Assembly (NCBI GenBank): GCA_038217285.1
Contig: JBBQPO010000093.1
Location: forward strand, 1-19,783
Length of the DNA: 19,783 bases
Reading direction: 5' to 3'
Origin: Chthonomonadales bacterium
GTDB taxonomy: Bacteria; Armatimonadota; Chthonomonadetes; Chthonomonadales; Chthonomonadaceae
Position numbers and translations under genes: made by a program. Numbering within the stretch: the stretch's first letter is position 1; each line of letters opens with the position of its first letter. The notes under the pieces are model-generated. The model did not search any database. It was not told the origin of the DNA and was given only the letters and a program-made list of their open reading frames with translations. Below are positions 6,783-14,717 of the stretch, piece after piece.

Positions 6783-9700
6783 TTAGAAATGCAGGTTGAA
6801 CTCGGCCAGCAGAGAGTTGGCGCTATAGTTCAGACCGTTTGCGGTGACCGTCGTGCTGCTGCCCGTGTTCGAGTAAGCACGATTCCGGAACTGCCAGCCG
6901 AAACGGAAGCCCAACTGCTGCGTCAGGTCGTAGTCCATCCCGAAACTCAGATACGACTCCTTGTTGGCATAGTATCCGGCGGAGGTCGAGTTGGTCATCT
7001 CCGTAAAAATACTCTGACGGCTGGAGATACGGTAGCTCAACCCCAGTCGCAGCGCAGCGAGGTTGGTGCTGGTGTCTGTCAGGTTCGTGGCTGCCGTCGT
7101 ACCCGAGGTCAGCGCGTTGAAGGCGCTCTGGGTACGGCTGCTTTGCCAGGAGATCTCCATCTCCAGTTTGCCTCCGAAGGGCCGACCGTTGAGGCTGAGA
7201 ACGCCGGTGTTGGTGTTGGAGCCGCCGAGCGTATTGGTATAAGCGAGTTTCTGCATGTCGTAGATGGCGTTCAGGTGAATCCGCTTGGAGACATCCCAGT
7301 TGAAGCTCGCGCCCATGCCATTGGTGTTGCTGTTGTACTGGTAGTCGCCCAGGCTGGACGAGCGGTTGAGATGCGCCCCGATCTGCATTCCCGGTCGGGG
7401 ATTGTAGTCGAGGTTGAGGCGGTTGGTCGCGCTGCGTCCGCCGAAGCTGGTCGCGCCATACGTGTTATAGGGGCTGACGCCGAACCCGCCGCTATAGTTG
7501 CCGCCGCCGCCGAGGTTGTTGTTGGCTCCCCCGCCGCCGAGCGAACCAAACCCCGTGGTAGAAACGCCGTTCGTTGGGAGGCCGGTAACATCTCGTGAGA
7601 AGGGAAAACCCTGCGATGCCAGGAACGCGTAACGGGCCGGCGTTCCACCCGGTGTCGTCGTCGTCGTTCCTGGTGTCGTCGTCGTTCCGGGTATCGTGTT
7701 CGTGGTGAGTGCGGAAGCATTGCCGGTATCCGAGAGGTCGTAGTTGTAGTGCAGATGGACATTTCGGATCAGCCGGAAGTCGGCGTCGAAAGCGGTGTCG
7801 CGCGCATCGGTATTGAGGTTCGAGCCGGTGCTGTTGCTGCGAATGACGTTGTCGGAGTAGCTGCCGCCGAGCGTCAGCCAGCGCAGCGGCTGCCACTGGG
7901 TACTAAGCCGCTTCGTCTGCGTGGAAGAGTTGGAGCCGATGAGCGAGTCGCCGGTCAGGCCAGCGGGGGGAGTAAGGCCGAGTTGGGCGTAGCTGGAGGC
8001 GATATTGCTGGCATTTTGCGCCAGGGCCGCCTGCACATTCAACTGTCCTTTCGAGTAGTTCAGAGAGAAGGAGTCGTTGGTATTATCGCTTTTGCCGCCG
8101 AGAATATAGGTCGTGGAAAGGTTCGTGCGGTTTAAGTTCAGCGAGGTGGCGCTGTTGAGCCGATAGTTCGCCCCGAGGCTGTACTGGCCGTAGTCGTCGT
8201 TGCCCGTACTGAGCAAAGACGTCGCCGCACTGGTCATCAGCGAACTGGTATAGGAGGGACGTTTTGCCCTCTGCCAGTTGACGGTGAAGTCCAGACGTTT
8301 CGACGCCTGATAGTCCGAGTCCAGCGTGATGGATTTCTCGTTACGATTGAAGCCGGGGCTCTGGATCGACGAGAAAGAAGGATTGACATCCTTGACGGTC
8401 AGGCGGGTATGCAGGTTCTTGAAGGGCTCCAGGCTGGCCACCATCTGCACGGCCTGCCCGGAGTAGCTTTTCCCGGTCAGGGTCAGGCCGGAGAAGGCGC
8501 TTTCGAGCGTAACGGAGCCGAGTTTCCCCAGGCTGAAGCGCCCATCCAGCCCCATGATGTTGCGATCCCCAGGCGTCGGATTCCTGTCGAGAGGCAGGTA
8601 CTGTATCTGAAGGGAGGGCGTGTTGTCGGTGCTTGGCGGGACGATCACGTTGACTTTGATAAGGGTAACGTACTGGTTGGGCCTAACCAGTACATAAGGC
8701 ACCACCGATCCTCCCTTTAAGGTGACGATAGGGAGAACGGAAGGATCGAGCGGATAGTCCGTAGCGTACTGGTCCTGCGTTCCCGCCACAGGCCCGGACT
8801 TAAACTCGGCGCGCAGCTTTGATTTGCTGCCGACAGCGGCGGTCTGCGTCAGGTAGGTAAGGCCGAAAACAGCGTTGTGGTTGGCTACGAACTCGGTACG
8901 GGCTCCGTAGATGGTGCCTTTCGAGGCGCCGTAGTCGAGCGCTTCGAACGAAATAGCGATCGTGGAGCTCGGCAGGATGACATTACCGTGCGTGAAGTTG
9001 AGCTGTCCTGTGTAGGGATCGAGTGTATAGTCTCTATCCGCTCCCTGCACCATGTCCCTGCTGTCCACGCGCACATGCACACTGCCGTCCACGATCTGGC
9101 CGGCATAGGCATAGTAGGGACCCGTTGATCCGTTGCCGTTGACGACGATGGTGTGGGTTTCGGCACGGGTCTGGGAGTAGAGCAGTGTCGATTTCAGCCC
9201 GGGCGTCCAGTTGTTCGTCAGTTGAATGCCGTGCAAAGAGCGGTTGAAATCGACCAGACTATTGCCGGAAACGGTAGGATTGAAGTCGCCCCACTCCACC
9301 CGCATTTTTTTGGTATGGTAGTCCAGTTTGACATGGTTGTCATTGGCGTTGCGGTAGGGACTGTTGCTGATCTGGGTGTGGTAGTGCAGAGCATTGAAGA
9401 AGGTGGCGTCCAGGTCGAGTTGGGTATCGTTGTAGATGCCGTTGCTACCCTGGCCGTTGTACTGCGAGTCCTGGTAAGAGGAGCTGCTGCCGGAGACGCT
9501 GTCGTAGCGGAAGGAGAGGGTCTGGTGTCCACTGGCGGTCACCTTGGTGCCGGTCTTCTGCTCCATGCGGGACCACCAGTCTCCCACACCACCGAACAGT
9601 CCGCTGCGTTTGCGTTTCGGCCGGTCAAAAATCTTATCGTTCTGGGTCTCGTCATTCAGAGGCAGGGTAAAGCCGGGCACCGGGCCGAGCGAACGTCGCG

Positions 9701-9890
9701 GGGTCAGGCTGGCGTCAAAAGGTTGCGAAGAGCTTTTCGAGGCTTCGAGGGCAGTGTGATCGGTGCGGGACAGTAAGTCCCAAAGTGAGTCGCCGTCCGC
9801 ACGGGCAGCGGGCGCGGCAGCAGGTTCCAGCGCGAGGAGCGCGAGGAACGCAAAAGCACGACGATGATACATTCCGGGCATAGAGTCCAC
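6783..9890 (-). CDS. Very large putative outer-membrane beta-barrel protein with a SprA-like inserted domain
   Basis: 1035 aa with a signal peptide (RRAFAFLALLALEPAAAPAARA) and many alternating amphipathic Y/F/W-rich strands. The C-terminal AEFNLHF is a beta-signal ending in Phe. It contains the motif GSVHVRVD...QGADRDYTLDPYTGQLNF. ATG 9881 is an alternative start. Confidence 0.75.
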   Translation of the reverse strand: MDSMPGMYHRRAFAFLALLALEPAAAPAARADGDSLWDLLSRTDHTALEASKSSSQPFDASLTPRRSLGPVPGFTLPLNDETQNDKIFDRPKRKRSGLFGGVGDWWSRMEQKTGTKVTASGHQTLSFRYDSVSGSSSSYQDSQYNGQGSNGIYNDTQLDLDATFFNALHYHTQISNSPYRNANDNHVKLDYHTKKMRVEWGDFNPTVSGNSLVDFNRSLHGIQLTNNWTPGLKSTLLYSQTRAETHTIVVNGNGSTGPYYAYAGQIVDGSVHVRVDSRDMVQGADRDYTLDPYTGQLNFTHGNVILPSSTIAISFEALDYGASKGTIYGARTEFVANHNAVFGLTYLTQTAAVGSKSKLRAEFKSGPVAGTQDQYATDYPLDPSVLPIVTLKGGSVVPYVLVRPNQYVTLIKVNVIVPPSTDNTPSLQIQYLPLDRNPTPGDRNIMGLDGRFSLGKLGSVTLESAFSGLTLTGKSYSGQAVQMVASLEPFKNLHTRLTVKDVNPSFSSIQSPGFNRNEKSITLDSDYQASKRLDFTVNWQRAKRPSYTSSLMTSAATSLLSTGNDDYGQYSLGANYRLNSATSLNLNRTNLSTTYILGGKSDNTNDSFSLNYSKGQLNVQAALAQNASNIASSYAQLGLTPPAGLTGDSLIGSNSSTQTKRLSTQWQPLRWLTLGGSYSDNVIRSNSTGSNLNTDARDTAFDADFRLIRNVHLHYNYDLSDTGNASALTTNTIPGTTTTPGTTTTTPGGTPARYAFLASQGFPFSRDVTGLPTNGVSTTGFGSLGGGGANNNLGGGGNYSGGFGVSPYNTYGATSFGGRSATNRLNLDYNPRPGMQIGAHLNRSSSLGDYQYNSNTNGMGASFNWDVSKRIHLNAIYDMQKLAYTNTLGGSNTNTGVLSLNGRPFGGKLEMEISWQSSRTQSAFNALTSGTTAATNLTDTSTNLAALRLGLSYRISSRQSIFTEMTNSTSAGYYANKESYLSFGMDYDLTQQLGFRFGWQFRNRAYSNTGSSTTVTANGLNYSANSLLAEFNLHF
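7651..7688. repeat. Short coding tandem repeat with (GTC)n tracts encoding (PGTTTT)n
   Basis: ggtgtcgtcgtcgtcgttcc (7651-7670) and ggtgtcgtcgtcgttcc (7672-7688) differ by one GTC unit. Confidence 0.8.
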
Positions 9891-10057
9891 TCCGCCTCAA
9901 CACTGTTCCCCCTTCGGCTTCTGCGTGTGCCAAAGGCGCATCGAGGCTCTGCATCCAGAGTGACCGCGGCAGGCGCAGCGGTCGGGGGACCGTACGCGAC
10001 GAGGTCGAAGAATTGCCAGAAAAGGGGGAGTGCCGTGTCAACGAGAACACTGCGGAC

Positions 10058-10086
10058 ATTATACCATTAAGATGGCGCGGACGCAA
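10058..10086 (-). promoter_or_regulatory. Sigma70-type promoter of the beta-barrel operon
   Basis: Minus strand TTGCGT (10086-10081), 17-nt spacer ending in TGn, then a perfect TATAAT (10063-10058). Confidence 0.75.
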
Positions 10087-10124
10087 TCCCCCCAAGCCAA
10101 TCGGAAAGTAACCCTGCGAAACAC

Positions 10125-10154
10125 TTGCCAAAACCGTCCGGAACGTATTATAAT
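10125..10154 (+). promoter_or_regulatory. Sigma70-type promoter of the TPR-TPR-uxuA unit
   Basis: TTGCCA (10125-10130), 18-nt spacer, then a perfect TATAAT (10149-10154). Confidence 0.72.
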
Positions 10155-10292
10155 GAGGAACAGTTCCCATTTTCGCCCCTTCGCGGCGCGACCCCCTCTC
10201 TGAGAGTTTTGCTTGCTCGCATCTCCCGTTGTCCGGCAACTGCCCGGTGGAAAATCAGACTCTCTTCGTACTTGCTCTTAAGGTGAAAACTT

Positions 10293-11723
10293 ATGTACTG
10301 TACAGACTGTGGCACCCGAAACGCCGACATCGGCAATTTCTGCAAACAGTGCGGTCACAAACTCGACCGCACGGCGGCAACGCGTATCAGTGAAGAGGCG
10401 TTTGATCGCGCACTCCCGATGGAAGAGCAGGTCAGCGCGCTGCTGGAGCGGGCCTACCGGCTCCGCAAGTCCGGCGAGCTCACCGCCGCCGTGCGCCTCT
10501 GCGAAGAGGCGCTGCGCCTCAACCCGGAAAGCACGTCGGTTCACTCGCTGCTCGGGCAGATCCATGAGCAGATGGGCAATCGTGACGCTGCTATTCTGGA
10601 GTATGAGCGTGTTATGCAGCTCAATCCCGGCAGTATCGCCGACCGCGTCAAGCTGGACGAGCTTCGGGGCGACAGACTGCCGTCGCCGCTCCACCCCCGG
10701 ATCGCTCCGCATATCGTGATGTCGGACCACTCTCTGCCGAACCCGAACGGACGCCAACTGCTGGGCATGGCCGGGATCGCGGGAGTTCTGATGCTGATGG
10801 GAGGTCTGCTCGCGCTCCAGTTCTTCTCTCGCCAGGAAAAGAGCAGTAGTCAGGTCGCGAACGGAATCTCTCGTAACCCCACCCGCTCTGGGGCCAATAC
10901 CCCTCAGACGGATGCCGTCGTCGGCAACGGCAACGCTTCCGGCGGAACGCCCACAAACACCGGTACAACGAATTCAACCACTAACGGCGGCGCGCCCGTC
11001 AATCCTGCCTACCAACAACCCTATGCAAACTACTCCCCGCCCCCCGTCTACGTGCAGCCGCGCGTGGTCTATGTTCGCCCGAGCCCCTCGTATGCTTCGG
11101 CTCCTCCCTCGCAAAGCGGCAGACTGCCGAACATGACGAGCGCCCGCAGGCGATCTGCGGACGACAGTGCGGACGAACGGGTACGACTGCCCGACGGCGT
11201 CTCGATCACGGTTCATCCCGATGGCGGCGCTGCAGATCCGTCTGCGACCGAGGGCAACGGGAACACGGCTACTCTCCCGAAAGGCAACGCAACGCCTCCG
11301 ACTAAAGGCGGCCCACCAGCGGCTCCGAAAGGCAACGCCGGAAACGGGGTCTTTCCGCCCAAGATTAATGTCCATCCTCATGGCAGTGACGGCGGGAACG
11401 GGGACGGCGGCGTGGCCCCGCCCGGAACCGAAGCGCAGAGCCAGATCGCTATCGCCAGCGACAAGGTCAAGAATGGAGACTACGAGGCGGCGATCAAAGC
11501 CTATCGACGGTCGCTGTCGGGCGCGGGCAGTCAGTCGGGCTATGTCTATCAGCAGATGGGTATCTGCTTCCAGCGCATCAAAGACAAAGCCAGCGCGATC
11601 AACAACTTCACGAGCGCGATCGCCGCGTATCAGAAGCTGGAAAGCGCCAACCAACAGGTCGATCTGGCGCGGGCTGGAATCAGGGTGTGCCAGAACGGGA
11701 TCAAGCTATGCAAAGCCGAATAG
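10293..11723 (+). CDS. Zinc-ribbon/TPR single-pass membrane protein with a long low-complexity linker and C-terminal TPR
   Basis: MYCTDCG...FCKQCG zinc ribbon, then TPR helices (AVRLCEEALRLNPES...LLGQIHEQMG...AAILEYERVMQLNPGS). These are followed by a TM helix LLGMAGIAGVLMLMGGLLALQFF, a G/N/T/P-rich linker and a C-terminal TPR (GDYEAAIKAYRRSL...YQQMGICF). Confidence 0.85.
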   Translation: MYCTDCGTRNADIGNFCKQCGHKLDRTAATRISEEAFDRALPMEEQVSALLERAYRLRKSGELTAAVRLCEEALRLNPESTSVHSLLGQIHEQMGNRDAAILEYERVMQLNPGSIADRVKLDELRGDRLPSPLHPRIAPHIVMSDHSLPNPNGRQLLGMAGIAGVLMLMGGLLALQFFSRQEKSSSQVANGISRNPTRSGANTPQTDAVVGNGNASGGTPTNTGTTNSTTNGGAPVNPAYQQPYANYSPPPVYVQPRVVYVRPSPSYASAPPSQSGRLPNMTSARRRSADDSADERVRLPDGVSITVHPDGGAADPSATEGNGNTATLPKGNATPPTKGGPPAAPKGNAGNGVFPPKINVHPHGSDGGNGDGGVAPPGTEAQSQIAIASDKVKNGDYEAAIKAYRRSLSGAGSQSGYVYQQMGICFQRIKDKASAINNFTSAIAAYQKLESANQQVDLARAGIRVCQNGIKLCKAE

Positions 11724-13657
11724 TTTTCAGGCGGTTTCGTCTCCCCCTGACGCTGCTGGCCTGCCTGGCGTTGCCGCTCCTCTCGACGCCGACTTCCGCC
11801 CAGGCCGCGATCAACATCACCCGCGGGGCCAGGGCGCAAGTACCGGATGATATGCCGCAGTTGCTGCTGGTCACCCGCCGCGATCCTAAAGCAGCGCCTC
11901 ACGATCAGGCGAATCGTGTGGCCCTGCAGGATGCCGTGCTCAGCCTTATGCGTGGGGCGGGCCACTATCAGGTCACGGTCTACAGTCCGGAGCAGCCGCT
12001 TATCAAACGTGCCTTGCTGACTCATGCGATCTCTTCCATCGATTTGAATGAGCCCTTGCAGCCGGAGGGAATGCGCCACCTCGCCCTCGCGCTGGGCATC
12101 CGCACGGTGCTCTTTCTCGTCCCGACCTTCGACAAGACCGGCCTGAAGATGGAATCCCAACTGCACCAGAATCTCGCTCAGGACACCTGGCAGATCGGGG
12201 TCACCGACGAGATCAACACAGACTTCCAGTATGGCAAACGCCGGCTCAACACCAGAGAAATCATCGCTCTCTCGGTCGATGGCCTGGCCGCGCGGCTCAG
12301 CCTCCCCTCCCACCTGGCCGCCGACCTCAACCTGAAAGAACATCCGGGAACCGTGGTCGGGGAGCCCAAAAAGCCGGGCAAAGGCGATCCTACGCACAAG
12401 GATCCTGCCAGCAAGACTGTGAAAACTACCGAGCCCGAGGCGCCCACCAATCCGGAGAAGACGGTCACGCCGCCTCCCTCCGCCGGGGAGAACACGCTGC
12501 CTCCTGCAGTCGTCAAACCGGACCTGCCCAACACCCCTAAAACCAGGGAACCCCAAAAGCGCATTGCCAGGGTCGAGAAGCCGACGAAGGGGCTCAAATC
12601 GACCCGAGGCGCAAAGCGTTACGGCGACCTGGCGGCGGTTCTTAGAAATACCGACCCTTCTCCCACGGGGAACTCCCAGACCGGAATGGAACGCCCCGGT
12701 GTGCCCATGGCCCAGACGGTCGCGCATCCGAACTACGAAACCCTGGCGGACCACTACCACGACAATCACGACCTCGCCAACACGATCACCCTGCTGCGCT
12801 ACGCCGTGAACGAACGCCCGCGCGACATCACGCTGCGCCGTAAGCTCATTCAGGTTTACCAGGAGCGCAAGATGCCGGACGCCGCGCTCGCCGAGATCAC
12901 CCGAGCGCTTCAGATCGCGCCGACCGAAGGCAGTCTCTACCGCGCCTACGGCGACACCCTGATGACCAAAGGGGAAGTGCCGGGAGCCGAGAAAGCGTTT
13001 CGAGACGCCGTTCGCCTGAACGCCGACGACATCCAGGCCCGAATCGCGCTCGGGGATGCCCTGATGCTCGACAACCAGTACGCCGAGGCGCTGGATGCCT
13101 ACATAACGGCACAGAAGACCGATGCCCACAGTCCCCTGCCCCACCGTCGTCTGGCCAGGGTGCTGCTGCTGCGCGCCTCCGCCGATCCTGCGCAGTATGC
13201 CGCCAGCCTGGACGAGGTCGCGAAGGCCCGAGATCTCACCCCCAAAAACGATACCGTCTCCTATCAGGAGGATTATGGAACCCTGATGCGAGTCGCAGAA
13301 TCCCGCCTGCGGGAGCTGCTGGAAGAGGTTTCGGGCAACTTCATCGCCCTCAACAAAAACAAACAGAGCGGCAACGACACGCTGCGCGCGCTCGCGGACA
13401 TTCAGACCCGCACCGACTCCATCAACGGCTACCTCGATAAACTGCCTTATGCCATCGGCCAGGAGGCGACGCAAGTACACTACCAGCAGGCGGCTGCCCA
13501 GCTCCTGCAGAGCGTCACCCTGTTCCGCACCTACCTGAACAAGAACGATTCCAATATCAAACAGCAGATGCAGGATGCGTCGGCGGAAGCCTATAGGGAG
13601 CTCGAAACGGCGCACAAGCGCCTTGACGCCATCCGCGCAGCCCTGATTCCGAAGTAG
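11708..13657 (+). CDS. Secreted tetratricopeptide-repeat protein
   Basis: Signal peptide MQSRIVFRRFRLPLTLLACLALPLLSTPTSAQA from ATG 11708, overlapping the upstream stop. It has an N-terminal alpha/beta domain, a P/K/T-rich linker, about 4-5 TPRs (e.g. YGDTLMTKGEVPGAEKAFRDAVRLNADD) and a helical C-terminus. Confidence 0.85.
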   Translation: MQSRIVFRRFRLPLTLLACLALPLLSTPTSAQAAINITRGARAQVPDDMPQLLLVTRRDPKAAPHDQANRVALQDAVLSLMRGAGHYQVTVYSPEQPLIKRALLTHAISSIDLNEPLQPEGMRHLALALGIRTVLFLVPTFDKTGLKMESQLHQNLAQDTWQIGVTDEINTDFQYGKRRLNTREIIALSVDGLAARLSLPSHLAADLNLKEHPGTVVGEPKKPGKGDPTHKDPASKTVKTTEPEAPTNPEKTVTPPPSAGENTLPPAVVKPDLPNTPKTREPQKRIARVEKPTKGLKSTRGAKRYGDLAAVLRNTDPSPTGNSQTGMERPGVPMAQTVAHPNYETLADHYHDNHDLANTITLLRYAVNERPRDITLRRKLIQVYQERKMPDAALAEITRALQIAPTEGSLYRAYGDTLMTKGEVPGAEKAFRDAVRLNADDIQARIALGDALMLDNQYAEALDAYITAQKTDAHSPLPHRRLARVLLLRASADPAQYAASLDEVAKARDLTPKNDTVSYQEDYGTLMRVAESRLRELLEEVSGNFIALNKNKQSGNDTLRALADIQTRTDSINGYLDKLPYAIGQEATQVHYQQAAAQLLQSVTLFRTYLNKNDSNIKQQMQDASAEAYRELETAHKRLDAIRAALIPK

Positions 13658-13670
13658 TGGTGACGCGAGC

Positions 13671-14702
13671 ATGATACCTATTGCCGAGATGTTGCCGTGG
13701 GAGGAGACACCGCTCTGGAAGCTGGCGGTGCAGGCGGGCGCGACCCATGCGGTCGGCTACTTCCGGTCGGCTGTCGGTGCGCCGCCGGTTCCGGAACGCC
13801 CGTGGGAGAGGCCGCATCTGCGTGGTCTTCAGGATCGGTTCGCTGGGGCTGGGTTGGAACTCGCGGTCATGGAGTGCAGCCCGCCGATGCAGAAGATCCG
13901 ACTGGGGCTGCCGGGACGCGACGAGGAGATTGACCTGTTCTGCACGATGTTGAGAAACATGGGCGAGCTGGGCATCTCCGTGCTCTGCTACAACTTCATG
14001 GCGGTATTCGGCTGGATGCGCACCCGACAGGCGATACCGGCGCGCGGCGGCGCGCTGGTGACCGGCTACTTCCACGAGGACATAAAAGACCTGCCGCTGA
14101 CCGAGTTTGGCGTCGTCCCCGAAGAGAGACTCTGGGAGAACTTCGAATATTTCCTCCGCCGGGTCATCCCGGTAGCGGAGAAGGCGAAAGTTAAGCTGGC
14201 CCTGCATCCGGACGACCCACCGCTCTCGCCCATTCGGGGCATCGGGCGCATCTTCCGCACGGTCGAGGCCTTCCAGCGCGCCATCAATCTGGTTCCGAGC
14301 GAGGTCAACGGCATCACGATGTGCCAGGGCAACTTCACGCTCATGACCGATGATCTGCCCGGCGTCATCCGGGATTTCGGGCAGCAGGGCAAGATCCACT
14401 TCATCCATTTTCGCGATGTAGCCGGCACACCGGACCGCTTTGTCGAAACCTTCCACGAAGCGGGCAAGACCGACATGCTGGCCTGTATGCAGGCATATCG
14501 GGAGATCGGCTTCGAAGGCGTCCTGCGCCCCGACCATGTGCCGACACTGGAGGGCGATGCAAACGACGATCCCTGCTACTCCAGTATTGGACGCCTCCTC
14601 GCCATCGGCTACATTACCGGCCTCCGTGAGGCCGTCTACGGCAAAGCTCCATCCATCGCCACAAGCACGCCACCACTGTCGAATCAGCATTTACCCAATT
14701 AA
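13671..14702 (+). CDS. uxuA: Mannonate dehydratase (UxuA family)
   Basis: Motifs IRLGLPGRDEEI, LCYNFM, WMRT, LWENFEYFL-x-x-VIPVAE...LALHPDDPP, NGITMCQG, IHFIHFRDV, F-x-ETFH-x-x-G, RPDHVP and GRL-x-AIGYI-x-GL. Confidence 0.93.
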   Translation: MIPIAEMLPWEETPLWKLAVQAGATHAVGYFRSAVGAPPVPERPWERPHLRGLQDRFAGAGLELAVMECSPPMQKIRLGLPGRDEEIDLFCTMLRNMGELGISVLCYNFMAVFGWMRTRQAIPARGGALVTGYFHEDIKDLPLTEFGVVPEERLWENFEYFLRRVIPVAEKAKVKLALHPDDPPLSPIRGIGRIFRTVEAFQRAINLVPSEVNGITMCQGNFTLMTDDLPGVIRDFGQQGKIHFIHFRDVAGTPDRFVETFHEAGKTDMLACMQAYREIGFEGVLRPDHVPTLEGDANDDPCYSSIGRLLAIGYITGLREAVYGKAPSIATSTPPLSNQHLPN

Positions 14703-14717
14703 CAAGGAAAGCGCATT

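Noticed and set aside
5744-7598. 325-aa and 401-aa plus-strand ORFs
   Set aside because: Shadows of the LecA-like and barrel genes, which have SD sites, signal peptides and a terminator.
7651-7705. Repeats as a CRISPR-like array
   Set aside because: Only two short adjacent coding units with no spacers and no cas genes.
11630-13672. 680-aa minus-strand ORF
   Set aside because: Antisense shadow of the TPR gene; the plus frame has a signal peptide and TPRs.
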